DNA of 64,000 nt from an uncultured Eubacteriales bacterium (GCA_958417225.1 CATZCM010000003.1:13433-77432); one strand, 5' to 3'. Shown: positions 40,247 through 52,379, counted from the stretch's first letter. A program made the numbers and translations. Notes: generated by a model from the letters alone, not told the origin.

Positions 40247-42442
40247 TCACGAATAGTTATCAGTACGTTGACGTTCCACAAGCTCTGCAAAATATCCCTT
40301 TTTATCTATTAGCTCTTGATACGTACCATCCTCAATAATCTTTCCTTTATCCAAAACCACAATTCTATCACAATGTTTAATAGTAGACAGTCTATGAGCA
40401 ATAACAATCCTCGTACTTTTCAAGCTATCAAGGGAATCAGACACTTGTTTTTGAGTAATATTATCAAGTGCAGATGTTGCTTCATCAAACATAATTACCC
40501 TAGGTTTAGGAGCTATAGCCCGAGCAATCATCATTCTTTGCTTTTGACCTCCAGAAATTCCTCCACCACCCTCACTTATGACAGTATGCATTCCCATCGG
40601 CATATTTCGTATATCGTCATCAAAGCCTGCCATACGAGCAGCCTCCCAAGCATCGTTAAGGGTAAGCCATGGTGCACAAATCACAATATTAGCAAAAATG
40701 TCCCCCGAAAACAATTTTCCATCTTGCATAACTGTTCCGATCTTTTGCCTCAAAGATCTTAAATCTAGAGATTTTATATCTTTTCCATCATAATAAACCG
40801 CACCACTATTTGGAGTCTCAAATCCCAATAAAATTCTCATCAAGGTTGATTTACCACAACCTGTCTTTCCAACTATAGCAATGTATTCTCCTGGTTTTAT
40901 CTTCAAACTTAAGTCATCAAGTATCAAAGGTCCATTCTCACTATACTTAAATGAGATATTATTTAGTTCAATATTCCCAGAAAGTTTTGTAAGTATTTTT
41001 TTATTCACATTAACTTCAGGTTGGGCATCTAAAATAGGGGACACCAATTCAAGTGTTGGTTTAATTTTAGCCATAGTTGTAGCTATACTTGCCAAAGACA
41101 TAATTGCACTACTAATTTGTCCGTACGCAGTGTTAAATGCAACATAGTCCGCTACATCAATTTTCGATTGAATTGCAAAATAATACAATACTATCGTACC
41201 AATTGAACTCACAATAGTACTAAAAATCGGCCAGATTTTAACTATAAAAGCTGGATTATACTGTAACTGTGCTGAATCCTTGTAAACATTGGACCACTTT
41301 GCAAAAGCACGTTTTTCAGCTCCGGCCAACTTTATTTTTTGAATTCCGCTAAACAAAGAGAATACCAACCCTTGGAGTTTATTTTCCACCTCATTATTTT
41401 TTCGTTGCAAATTCATCGAAATATACACATAAATCGTTGACATCACCAACTGAACCAAAACAATAATTATAGCTGGAATCACCAACATTCGCCCATACGC
41501 TAACATTGATCCCAAATAAACAAATGAGCATAAAGCTGCCAATCCATGTTCTAGCACAGCACTTGTAAGCATCGAACAGAGCGAATTCAAACTAAAAGTT
41601 CTATTAGCAAGTTCTCCCGCATTGTAATCTTTGAAAAAAGTAGCTGGCAGTGACATCAATCTACTCATAGCCGCACACGAAACTGCCAAACCCATTTTAG
41701 TTTGGAGCCTAGTCCGTACCAACGCACTCGTAATTGAAATCAAATACTGAGAAATTTCAACACCAATAAAAAATGTCAGCACTGGTGCTAAAAAGTTAAG
41801 ACCACTTTCACCAAGAGGAACTACCTTTTGATAAATCGTCTTATTCACCATTGGCACCAAAAGACCTATTAAATTACCAAAAATCATTGTAGCAACAATC
41901 ATTAACAAATCGGCTTTTGACAAAGCACTAAGTGAGTACCACAATAGATCCTTGATTTTCAGAGGTTTAAGTGGAAGCGGTTTATAAAAGCAAATAGCCT
42001 CCGGTTTAATTAAATTCATATTTTTAGAACTGAGCGAAACATGCTTGCCTGTTTTATAATCATAATATCTATAATGACCAATGCCATACGGTAAAAGAGC
42101 TATAACTTCTCCAGAAGCAGTCCTCCCAATCATGGGTCCAATTGCGTCTTTCCACCACTTACCATTTAGCTTAACATTTCTATACATGATTCCTGTGGGT
42201 TTAAGCATATATTCTAGCTGATCACTAAACCCTTCTACATCATTTGGTAGCTCAATTATTTTCGATTTATAGTATTTTAATATTTCCTCAATCGCATTTT
42301 GAGTTTGAACTCTTTCATTATTAACTGTAGCTGATGAATGTTGTTTTCCAAGTATTACCGAAGATAAGTCTATAACGGCATCCTCAAACTCCTGACTATC
42401 TTTTTCGATTCTGGTTTTTATTTGCTCATCGAACCAACCCAT
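40247..42442 (-). CDS. ABC transporter permease/ATPase without peptidase domain (NHLP-type bacteriocin exporter, second subunit-like)
   Basis: 731 aa. A ~160-aa non-peptidase N-terminal domain, six-TM ABC exporter core, Walker A GKTGCGKST, signature ISGGQKQR, Walker B IMFDEATSALD. Paired with the C39-ABC gene, as in the TIGR03796/TIGR03797 pairs I recall. Confidence 0.75.
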   Translation of the reverse strand: MGWFDEQIKTRIEKDSQEFEDAVIDLSSVILGKQHSSATVNNERVQTQNAIEEILKYYKSKIIELPNDVEGFSDQLEYMLKPTGIMYRNVKLNGKWWKDAIGPMIGRTASGEVIALLPYGIGHYRYYDYKTGKHVSLSSKNMNLIKPEAICFYKPLPLKPLKIKDLLWYSLSALSKADLLMIVATMIFGNLIGLLVPMVNKTIYQKVVPLGESGLNFLAPVLTFFIGVEISQYLISITSALVRTRLQTKMGLAVSCAAMSRLMSLPATFFKDYNAGELANRTFSLNSLCSMLTSAVLEHGLAALCSFVYLGSMLAYGRMLVIPAIIIVLVQLVMSTIYVYISMNLQRKNNEVENKLQGLVFSLFSGIQKIKLAGAEKRAFAKWSNVYKDSAQLQYNPAFIVKIWPIFSTIVSSIGTIVLYYFAIQSKIDVADYVAFNTAYGQISSAIMSLASIATTMAKIKPTLELVSPILDAQPEVNVNKKILTKLSGNIELNNISFKYSENGPLILDDLSLKIKPGEYIAIVGKTGCGKSTLMRILLGFETPNSGAVYYDGKDIKSLDLRSLRQKIGTVMQDGKLFSGDIFANIVICAPWLTLNDAWEAARMAGFDDDIRNMPMGMHTVISEGGGGISGGQKQRMMIARAIAPKPRVIMFDEATSALDNITQKQVSDSLDSLKSTRIVIAHRLSTIKHCDRIVVLDKGKIIEDGTYQELIDKKGYFAELVERQRTDNYS

Positions 42443-42459
42443 TTATAACACCTCACTCT

Positions 42460-44616
42460 CTATTCATTTGAAACTAGTTTAGTGTATAAACCGCCATTTT
42501 TGTAGAGTTGTTCATGAGTACCTCGTTCCACAATTTTGCCATGGTCCATCACTATAATCTCATCGCAATCTCTAATCGTAGACAATCTATGTGCAACTAT
42601 TACACATGAAATGCCTCTATTTTTTATGGCCTTCATCACTTCAAACTCAGTTTTTGCGTCAAGCGCCGATGTTGCTTCATCCATAATAATTATAGACGGA
42701 TCCTGTGCTAGCACTCTTGCAATTTCAAAACGCTGTATCTGTCCTCCAGAGAAATTCTTGCCATTTTCCAACACCTTTTCACTATATCCATCAGAACGTT
42801 TAACTATATCATCATGAATTTGGGCATCTCGAGCTGCAAGTATAACTTCAAAATCTTCAATTGATTCATCCCACATTTTTATATTATCGGACACCGAATC
42901 TTCAAACATGATTTTATCCTGATCAACAACCGCCAAAGACCCTGCAAATACTTCTCTTCGTATATCCTCTCTTTTTTTTCCATCAAACGTAATACTCCCT
43001 GACCATGGTTGATAAAGGCCTGAGATTAACTTTGCAAGAGTCGATTTGCCACACCCTGATGCACCTACAAAAGCCACCCTTGATCCTGGTTTCAATTTAA
43101 GATTAAAATTCTCAATAAGCGGTCCGGAAAGCCTATTATATCCAAACGTAACATCTTTCATTTCAAGCTCACCGCTTAATTTAGAGCATTCCTCATTTTC
43201 AATGTTACTATCTTCGTCAAATTCAACATCTGTTTCATAGCTCATCACATCTTCTATTCTTTCCATAGATGTTCTCATTTCGATGAAGCTTGTCCCCAAT
43301 GAAATAAACTTATTAATTGGTGAATTAAACAGGGACAAATAAGAAGTAAACTGCATTAAAAGACCTACTGTAAAGTTTCCCTTCATTATAAAGTAAACTC
43401 CGGCACCTGTTACAGCTATGCTTGTTAATGTTGTAATAATAGTTTGAACCGAACCAATATACTGGGCTATTTTCGCAGCTCTTACCTGCGCAGAATTAAA
43501 AGACGCGAAAAAACCTGACCAACGCTCAAAAAATCCATTTTCAGCACCAGATGATTTCACAGTTTCTATCATGTCTATACCCGACATAGTACTCGAGGCC
43601 AATTTCCCACTATCCCTCATCATACCTCTTGCAACATTTTGCTGCAAAAGCGCACTATATCTTGCTATTAAAATATTTATAAGAAGTGTAGAAAGCCCAA
43701 TAATCGTAAGAATCCACTGATTACTGATCATCATCCATAAATACAAAATCAACAGGAACACGTCTATTACTACCGGTGACAATTGATCAATAAGCGTATT
43801 CGCTATATTAGCGTTAGTACTCTGTCTACTAGCTATATCACCAGCCAATCTTTGTGAAAAGAACTCCATCGGAAGTCTAAGTACATGCCACATAAATGTA
43901 GTACTTCCGATAATTGCAACTTTACCTTGTATTTTCAACCTGTAAACCGTTTCTATTGCCATTTGTACTATCTGTATTAATACAAATAAACTAATCGCAA
44001 CCAAAAATGGAACTATCCATTCGGGGTTTTTTGCATTTACTCCCAACAGTCGGTCATAGAAAACTCTACCAAAAGCTGGCTGAATTATTTCTATAGCGCC
44101 TGCAATAACACTTGTTAGCATAACAAAAATTATTGGAATTAACGTGCCTTTCAATCTCTTGCGAACGAACTTTAATACACTCTTTGGTTTGCCTCCCTTT
44201 TGGAATGACTCCCCCGGTGAAAAACACAATGCAACCCCTGTAAACGACTCATCAAATTCCCTCATACTAACGGCAACCTTGCCACGAGCAGGGTCATTTA
44301 TATATACTCTATCTTTCGAAAATCCAGTTAAAACAACAAAATGATTAAAATTCCAGTGAATAATCGCTGGCAGACTCAATTCCTTAGCTTCTTCAACTCC
44401 ACATTTATAAGCATTCGCATTTAACCCATATGCCCTAGCCGCCAACATCATATTTTTACAGTTGCTACCGTCACGGGATACGCCACAATCGGTTCTAACT
44501 TGCTCAAGTGGAAGCCATTTTTCATAATAGGCAAGTATCATTGCAATACAGGCTGCTCCGCACTCGAGGGCTTCCATTTGAATAACAACTGGAACCTTTG
44601 TTTTTTTATTTTTCAT
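42460..44616 (-). CDS. C39-peptidase-domain ABC exporter (bacteriocin-processing/export type)
   Basis: 718 aa. N-terminus QMEALECGAACIAMILAYY...HWNFNHFVVLTGF...NDPA carries the C39 Cys/His motifs. Then TMD, GASGCGKST, FSGGQIQR, IIMDEATSALD. Confidence 0.85.
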   Translation of the reverse strand: MKNKKTKVPVVIQMEALECGAACIAMILAYYEKWLPLEQVRTDCGVSRDGSNCKNMMLAARAYGLNANAYKCGVEEAKELSLPAIIHWNFNHFVVLTGFSKDRVYINDPARGKVAVSMREFDESFTGVALCFSPGESFQKGGKPKSVLKFVRKRLKGTLIPIIFVMLTSVIAGAIEIIQPAFGRVFYDRLLGVNAKNPEWIVPFLVAISLFVLIQIVQMAIETVYRLKIQGKVAIIGSTTFMWHVLRLPMEFFSQRLAGDIASRQSTNANIANTLIDQLSPVVIDVFLLILYLWMMISNQWILTIIGLSTLLINILIARYSALLQQNVARGMMRDSGKLASSTMSGIDMIETVKSSGAENGFFERWSGFFASFNSAQVRAAKIAQYIGSVQTIITTLTSIAVTGAGVYFIMKGNFTVGLLMQFTSYLSLFNSPINKFISLGTSFIEMRTSMERIEDVMSYETDVEFDEDSNIENEECSKLSGELEMKDVTFGYNRLSGPLIENFNLKLKPGSRVAFVGASGCGKSTLAKLISGLYQPWSGSITFDGKKREDIRREVFAGSLAVVDQDKIMFEDSVSDNIKMWDESIEDFEVILAARDAQIHDDIVKRSDGYSEKVLENGKNFSGGQIQRFEIARVLAQDPSIIIMDEATSALDAKTEFEVMKAIKNRGISCVIVAHRLSTIRDCDEIIVMDHGKIVERGTHEQLYKNGGLYTKLVSNE

Positions 44617-44632
44617 AATTCAACAGCCTCCC

Positions 44633-45253
44633 TCACGAATTAGAACCTGTTAAAAATTCAATGGGTCTTTCCAGCTGTGTTATAATGTCAATTTCACATA
44701 TAGTATTACCATATAAAGTCGCCGTATTGTTCTTATCTGATGACCAATTGAGCTTATCGGTTTTAGACAAACTGCGATCCAATGATATAATAAGTTCCAT
44801 TGCATATCCGCCATTTGGTAAAATTCTCGCCGCTGCAAATTCACCAAGTTCATCTTGTAATTCTTCGAAGGAAACATACGTATTGCTTACACTCTTAACT
44901 TCTCCAGTTATGTATCCCCCTTCTGATTCGCTAGGTGTAACTTTAATTTCTCTGATAGTACTATTATTATACGCTTGTCCTATCACATTTGCATTGCTTG
45001 AAGGTACATAACATTTCACAGTTGTTACAAGTTCCGAATTAGCTATCGGAGGAACCGTTATGCCATTACAAGTAACCTTGCTTGGAATACTCCCAGCAAA
45101 TCCCCAATAAAAAGTCGCACCTAATAAAATTATCAACGCAGCAATTACAATCCAAACGCTTGGATTAGAAACTTTAATGTAATCATTTAATTGCTCCGGT
45201 GAAGATATACGCTCTAAACTTTTTTTACGAAAAACACTTTGGTTCTCCATCAT
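44633..45253 (-). CDS. Short HlyD-family/NHLP-system secretion accessory protein
   Basis: 206 aa. FRKKSLERISSPEQLNDYIKVSNPSVWIVIAALIILL is the N-terminal motif plus single TM typical of bacteriocin-secretion adaptor proteins. No long coiled coil is present. Confidence 0.65.
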   Translation of the reverse strand: MMENQSVFRKKSLERISSPEQLNDYIKVSNPSVWIVIAALIILLGATFYWGFAGSIPSKVTCNGITVPPIANSELVTTVKCYVPSSNANVIGQAYNNSTIREIKVTPSESEGGYITGEVKSVSNTYVSFEELQDELGEFAAARILPNGGYAMELIISLDRSLSKTDKLNWSSDKNNTATLYGNTICEIDIITQLERPIEFLTGSNS

Positions 45254-45273
45254 ATTCAGCCCCCTTATAAATT

Positions 45274-45573
45274 TTATTCTATATTTAATACATCCACAAA
45301 ACCTGTAATTTCAAACACTTCCATAATCTCTTCATTTGCATTTTTAACCTTTAAGCATCCATCTATCGACTTCATCCTTTTATGCATTGACAATAAAACC
45401 CTAAGTCCTGCGCTACTCATGTACACTAGTTCCTTCAAATCAAATATAAGCTCTTTTACTCCATCTAATCCATCATGCAACTCTTTTTCCAATTGTGGAG
45501 CTGTATTTGTATCCAACCTTCCCTCGATGCTCACAGTTAACGTTTCACCATTTAATTTTTTATTTAGTGTCAT
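45274..45573 (-). CDS. STAS-domain protein (SpoIIAA-like anti-sigma-factor antagonist fold)
   Basis: MTLNKKLNGETLTVSIEGRLDTNTAPQLEKEL......LIFDLKELVYMSSAGLRVLL....K......L.VKNANEEIMEVFEITGF is a classic STAS pattern, including the DLK.L.YMSSAGL phosphorylatable-Ser region. Start set to ATG 45573 (GGGAGGG 6 nt upstream). It is the first gene of the exporter operon. Confidence 0.8.
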   Translation of the reverse strand: MTLNKKLNGETLTVSIEGRLDTNTAPQLEKELHDGLDGVKELIFDLKELVYMSSAGLRVLLSMHKRMKSIDGCLKVKNANEEIMEVFEITGFVDVLNIE

Positions 45574-45700
45574 CCTAATCCCTCCCATTTAATTTTGAGC
45601 TGAAAGCTTGACCATAAGAAGTGCCTTATCAAATTGTAAAATTAATATAATAACAAGGATAACAAGTGCACTTTTTTTATAAACTCTATTCGTGATTTAT

Positions 45701-45729
45701 ATTATACAACATTTTTTTATTTTATGCAA
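45701..45729 (-). promoter_or_regulatory. Promoter candidate for the STAS-exporter-peptide operon
   Basis: Minus strand TTGCAT (45729-45724), 17 nt, TATAAT (45706-45701), about 120 nt upstream of the STAS start. Confidence 0.6.
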
Positions 45730-45792
45730 GAGTTTTTTGAAAATTTTCTTTAATACTATTTACAGAAAATCTAACTAAAAGGAGCAATTCAC

Positions 45793-46143
45793 ATGAAAAA
45801 CAAAAAACATAGCATTTATGGACTTATATGTGGAATAATAAATGGCCTCCTTGGAGCAGGTGGAGGTATGGTTCTCGTACCTATGCTTTACCAAGAAGGC
45901 CTTGATGCCAAAGCAGCTCATGCGACATCCATAAGCGTAATTTTACCTTTATGTATACTAAGTTCTATTATGTACGTAATAAATGGCGAAACTAATATTT
46001 TCGACGCATTATTTTATATTATTCCGGGCATAATAGGTTCATTAATAGGAATATTACTTTTAGAAAAATTAAACAAAAATATTATAAAAAAATGTTTAGC
46101 TATCATAATGCTTTGGTCTGCCATTCGAATATTTTTAAAATAA
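45793..46143 (+). CDS. TSUP (TauE/SafE) family half-size membrane protein, part 1
   Basis: 116 aa, 4 TM, with ..GLLGAGGGMVLVPML.. and the ..AHATS.. motif of TSUP repeat units. Confidence 0.7.
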   Translation: MKNKKHSIYGLICGIINGLLGAGGGMVLVPMLYQEGLDAKAAHATSISVILPLCILSSIMYVINGETNIFDALFYIIPGIIGSLIGILLLEKLNKNIIKKCLAIIMLWSAIRIFLK

Positions 46144-46155
46144 AGGAATGTTTAT

Positions 46156-46509
46156 ATGTCTTACGTATTTAAAATTTTAGCAGGAATTTTATCTGGAATA
46201 TTTGTATCCATGGGTATGGGTGGAGGAAGCATTTTTATAATCTACCTTACATTTTTTGAAGGTTTTTCTCAAATCTCAGCTCAAGGCACAAACATCATTT
46301 TTTTTATTCCAACCGCCATTTGCGCCATACTCATCTACAGCAAGAGAAAACTTATAAAATGGAAAATTGCTACTCCACTTATAACATGGGGGATCTTCGG
46401 TACACTCATCGGTTCTTTCGCTGTAACCGTACTTGACAAAAATTGGCTACAAAAAATTTTTGCAGTCTTTTTAGTAGTCATGAGCATAAAAATATTCATT
46501 AGCAAATAA
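46156..46509 (+). CDS. TSUP (TauE/SafE) family half-size membrane protein, part 2
   Basis: 117 aa, 4 TM, with ..GMGGGSIFIIYL.. and ..AQGTN... 12 nt downstream of part 1. Confidence 0.7.
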   Translation: MSYVFKILAGILSGIFVSMGMGGGSIFIIYLTFFEGFSQISAQGTNIIFFIPTAICAILIYSKRKLIKWKIATPLITWGIFGTLIGSFAVTVLDKNWLQKIFAVFLVVMSIKIFISK

Positions 46510-46520
46510 CTAACCTTAAA

Positions 46521-48530
<2,010 letters not shown>

Positions 48531-48557
48531 TCATATATATTAAAATTCATAAATAGA

Positions 48558-49610
48558 TTATGTAATCACTCCACCACCTAAAACTACATCACCATCATAA
48601 AAAACAACAGATTGCCCTTTGGTAGCAGCACGCTGCGGACAGTCAAAAATTACCTTCGCAGTATTTTTATCTGAATTATAATAAAGTATTGCATCAGCGG
48701 CTTTAGCAGCATAACGTATTTTAGCTTTGCACTTAATAGATTTTATTGGCACATCTCCCAAAGTAAAGTTCACATCTTTTATATGCACTTCCTTTGAAAA
48801 AAGGTCTTCATTACTACCGATTGTAACAGTATTTGAAACTGGATCTATTTTCGTAACAAACGCAGGTTTTCCAAGAGATAATCCAAGTCCTTTTCTTTGC
48901 CCAACAGTGTAATTTCTGATACCCTTGTGTCTACCTAAAACATTTCCAAGTTCATCTACAAAATCTCCTGGTTCATCACACGTTCCGGTATATTTTCTAA
49001 TAAACCCCGCATAATCATTCCCCGGAACAAAACAAATATCTTGACTATCAGGTTTATTTGCTACCGGTAGATTAAATTTTTCAGCAATTTTACGAACTTC
49101 AGGTTTTTCCATCCCAAAAAGCGGAAACAACGTATGTGCAAGTTCGTACTGAGTCATATTATAAAGCACATAACTCTGATCTTTTGTCGAATTAGCTTGT
49201 CTTAAAATATATTTTCCACTTTCATCATCATACTCAATCATCGCATAATGCCCCGTCGCAATGTACTTAGCCCCCATTTCCTCAGCTTTTTTCAGTAGAG
49301 CTTTAAATTTTATGTATTTATTACAAGTCACACAAGGATTTGGAGTGTGAGCTTTCGCATACTCATCCACAAAATTTTTTATAACTGTCCTCCGAAATAA
49401 ATCCGTAAAATCCAAAACAACATGTTCAATCCCTATTACATCACACACTCTTTTTGCATCATCTATCATTTTAGTTACTGTACTGCTACACGACTCATCC
49501 GACTGTAATTTCATCGTTGCCCCAATCACATCATAACCCTGCTGCTTAAGCAACAGGGCAGCCACAGAGCTGTCAACTCCCCCGCTCATTCCTATAACAA
49601 CCTTATCCAT
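48558..49610 (-). CDS. mnmA: tRNA 2-thiouridine(34) synthase
   Basis: MDKVVIGMSGGVDSSVAA.. PP-loop, ..NPCVTCNK.., ..DQSY.L... Start set to ATG 49610 (AGGAGG 7 nt upstream). Confidence 0.92.
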   Translation of the reverse strand: MDKVVIGMSGGVDSSVAALLLKQQGYDVIGATMKLQSDESCSSTVTKMIDDAKRVCDVIGIEHVVLDFTDLFRRTVIKNFVDEYAKAHTPNPCVTCNKYIKFKALLKKAEEMGAKYIATGHYAMIEYDDESGKYILRQANSTKDQSYVLYNMTQYELAHTLFPLFGMEKPEVRKIAEKFNLPVANKPDSQDICFVPGNDYAGFIRKYTGTCDEPGDFVDELGNVLGRHKGIRNYTVGQRKGLGLSLGKPAFVTKIDPVSNTVTIGSNEDLFSKEVHIKDVNFTLGDVPIKSIKCKAKIRYAAKAADAILYYNSDKNTAKVIFDCPQRAATKGQSVVFYDGDVVLGGGVIT

Positions 49611-49708
49611 TAAAATTCCTCCTAAAACATAAAGTAAACACAAAATGTGCTTACTTTAAAAGATTTTAGCTTAATGCTAAACAATATTAAAGATTAAATA
49701 CGTAAAGA

Positions 49709-49852
49709 TCACAAATCATCCGCATCCTGAACAGGTTTCTCATTATCTATAGTAAGTCCTGTATAACTTCCATCCACATCTGATTTTATAGACTGTTTTC
49801 CCTGTTTTTTCAAAGTTTTTGCCAAATCATGATTATCATAACCCTCACTCAT
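49709..49852 (-). CDS. Hypothetical 47-aa hydrophilic protein (below the ORF-track size cutoff)
   Basis: ATG 49852 to TGA 49711-49709 encodes MSEGYDNHDLAKTLKKQGKQSIKSDVDGSYTGLTIDNEKPVQDADDL. Upstream AAAGGGG lies about 10 nt away. It fills the cysS-mnmA gap in the same orientation. No family recognised. Confidence 0.35.
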   Translation of the reverse strand: MSEGYDNHDLAKTLKKQGKQSIKSDVDGSYTGLTIDNEKPVQDADDL

Positions 49853-49912
49853 TTATAAAACCCCTTTACTATAAAGTCATTTGCAAGAACCTGCAAATAC
49901 ATAATATAGCAT

Positions 49913-51316
49913 TTACGCTTTATGCCACTTTATACCTTGAGGTGTATCTTCAAGTATAATGTTCATTTTTTTCAATTCATCACGTATTTTATCAGCAGTT
50001 ACCCAATCCTTATTCGCACGAGCTTTTGCACGCTCACATATAAGTTTTTCTACTTTACTATCAAGTACTTCTTCATCATTCTTTGACACAATTCCAAGTA
50101 CATCCGTAAGTTCATCAAACAACTTCAAAATACCCTCACACAATACTCTTGAAGCACCATCTTGTGACACAACTCTAGTATTTATTTCACGAACAAAATC
50201 AAACAAAACACCTATCGCATCAGCCGTATTCAAATCATCGCTCATTTTCTCTACAAATCTATCCCGGTAACCATTAAATTCATCTAATATAGATTCATCC
50301 TCTGCACTAGATTCCACGGTGGCATTAGAAATTGCAAACAATAAATTGCGTCTACACGTATACAATCTATCAAGAGCTGCAGAACACTGTTTTATTATAT
50401 CCTCGCTATAATTTATGGGACTCCTATAATGGGACGAAATCATCAAATACCTAATTGGCTCATATCCATACACTTTTGCCACATCTCTAACAGTAAAGAA
50501 GTTATTCAAAGATTTGGACATTTTTTTGTTGTCTACGTTAATATATCCATTATGCAACCAAAATCGAGAAAATTCACATTCATTTGCACATTCGCTCTGA
50601 GCAATTTCATTTTCGTGATGCGGAAAAATCAAATCCTGACCTCCACAATGTATATCTATAGTTTTACCAAGGTATTTTCTAGCCATAGCAGAACATTCTA
50701 TATGCCAACCAGGTCTTCCATTTCCCCAAGGAGACTCCCACATCGGTTCCCCAGGCTTCGCAGCTTTCCATAGGGCAAAGTCCATTGGATCTTCTTTAAT
50801 TTCTCCTACTCCAATTCTAGCACCGGCTTCAAGATCTTCAAGTGGTTGATGTGAAAGCTTACCATACTCCTTAAAATTTCTAGTACGGAAATAAACATCA
50901 CCATTTTTTACAGCGTATGCATATCCTTTTTCAATAAGAGATTTTATAATGTCAATAATTTCATCTATATTCTCTGTAGCAAGCGGATGAACAGTAGCCT
51001 CACGTACATTTAGGCCTTTTGCATCTATTTTATACTCCTTAATGTACTTTTTAGAAATCGCTAAATAATCCGAGCCCTCTTGATTCGCACGGTTTATTAT
51101 CTTGTCATCTATATCAGTAAAATTTTGAACAAATTCAACCTTAAGTCCAATGTACTCCATAAACCTTCTCATAACATCAAAAACACAAATTGGACGTGCA
51201 TTTCCAATATGTATGTAATTGTACACTGTAGGCCCACACGCATAAATACGCACTACTCCCTCCTGCATCGGAGAAAATTCTTCTTTTTTTCTTTTTAACG
51301 TATTATAAAGTTTCAT
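49913..51316 (-). CDS. cysS: Cysteine--tRNA ligase
   Basis: MKLYNTLKRKKEEF..., HIGNARP (HIGH) and KMSKS motifs. Start set to ATG 51316 (GAGGAG 8 nt upstream). Confidence 0.95.
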   Translation of the reverse strand: MKLYNTLKRKKEEFSPMQEGVVRIYACGPTVYNYIHIGNARPICVFDVMRRFMEYIGLKVEFVQNFTDIDDKIINRANQEGSDYLAISKKYIKEYKIDAKGLNVREATVHPLATENIDEIIDIIKSLIEKGYAYAVKNGDVYFRTRNFKEYGKLSHQPLEDLEAGARIGVGEIKEDPMDFALWKAAKPGEPMWESPWGNGRPGWHIECSAMARKYLGKTIDIHCGGQDLIFPHHENEIAQSECANECEFSRFWLHNGYINVDNKKMSKSLNNFFTVRDVAKVYGYEPIRYLMISSHYRSPINYSEDIIKQCSAALDRLYTCRRNLLFAISNATVESSAEDESILDEFNGYRDRFVEKMSDDLNTADAIGVLFDFVREINTRVVSQDGASRVLCEGILKLFDELTDVLGIVSKNDEEVLDSKVEKLICERAKARANKDWVTADKIRDELKKMNIILEDTPQGIKWHKA

Positions 51317-51376
51317 TCCACTCACTCCTCAATTTATAAATTTCATAAAATAGCAATCGCACTATCAAAAATCCAC

Positions 51377-52057
51377 TTAACGATCACTTTCAATGCTATT
51401 TTCTAATTTATCTATCTTGCTAATAATATGCCTAAGTTTAATGTTCACCTTACAAAACTGTTGTGCTACAGGGTCAGAAACATGTATCTGATCAAGTGCC
51501 AAATTTTTAAGTCCATTTATGCGCACCACTCTTGCTGGGACCCCCACAGCTGTTGCCCCTTCAGGAACTTCCCTCAGAACCACTGCTCCCGCTGCAATTC
51601 TTGCATTATCGCCCACTTTAAATGGTCCAAGCACTTTGGCACCAGAACCTATCAATACATTCTTGCCAATTGTCGGATGACGTTTTCCTTCATGTTTCCC
51701 TGTTCCGCCAAGTGTTACACCCTGATATATAATGCAACCATCACCTACGGCAGCCGTTTCCCCTATAACTACACCCATACCATGATCAATAAAAACACCT
51801 TTTCCTATATTTGCACCGGGATGTATCTCAATTCCTGTACGTTTTCTTGATCTTTCCGATATAAACCGTGCTATTATTTTCATGTTGTGTACATAAAACC
51901 AATGTGCTTTTCTATATGAGCGAAGAGCCTTCACTCCGGGATATAATAAGTATATTTCAAGTAAACTTTTGGCCGAAGGGTCACGATACTTTATTTGCAT
52001 TAACTCTTCTTTTAATCTCCGAAACAATTGCTCCACCTCTTTAACACTATTTTTCAT
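51377..52057 (-). CDS. cysE: Serine O-acetyltransferase
   Basis: ..IHPGANIGKGVFIDHGMGVVIGETAAVGDGCIIYQGVTLGGTG.....RHPTIG..V.IG.GAKVLG.. hexapeptide core of CysE. Confidence 0.9.
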   Translation of the reverse strand: MKNSVKEVEQLFRRLKEELMQIKYRDPSAKSLLEIYLLYPGVKALRSYRKAHWFYVHNMKIIARFISERSRKRTGIEIHPGANIGKGVFIDHGMGVVIGETAAVGDGCIIYQGVTLGGTGKHEGKRHPTIGKNVLIGSGAKVLGPFKVGDNARIAAGAVVLREVPEGATAVGVPARVVRINGLKNLALDQIHVSDPVAQQFCKVNIKLRHIISKIDKLENSIESDR

Positions 52058-52379
52058 TACATAGATATGATTTCAACCTAAATAGTGTTAAAGCATAACA
52101 TAAAAAATTATATTAAGAATTATACTTTCTTCCAAAACCACACTTTATAGGAATAACAGACTAAAAATTCAAAATTACGTTCGATTTTATTTTCACAAAC
52201 ATATCTTGTAAAAATCAGATTTTTAAGTTTCTAGCAAGTTCAATATAAAAATTCCCTGACTACAAAAATAAAATCTACCCACTGTTGAAAACATTGTTGA
52301 AAGAGTTTAAAATAAATTATGTTGTATAATTACTATTGTAACATTAAGCATTCCTCACTGATACCGGCAGTTTACAGAC

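Noticed and set aside
45619-45673. 10-bp perfect palindrome AAGTGCACTT (45664-45673) plus a half-site AAGTGC (45619-45624) in the exporter-operon 5' UTR, as a regulator operator.
   Set aside because: It is too short to distinguish from chance without conservation data. Noted only as something to check if the operon is studied.
52058-52379. T-box leader expected upstream of cysE-cysS, as in many Firmicutes.
   Set aside because: No T-box sequence (revcomp ..CGCGGTACCACCC.. on the plus strand), no specifier-loop architecture and no terminator/antiterminator pair is visible. The region is almost pure AT.
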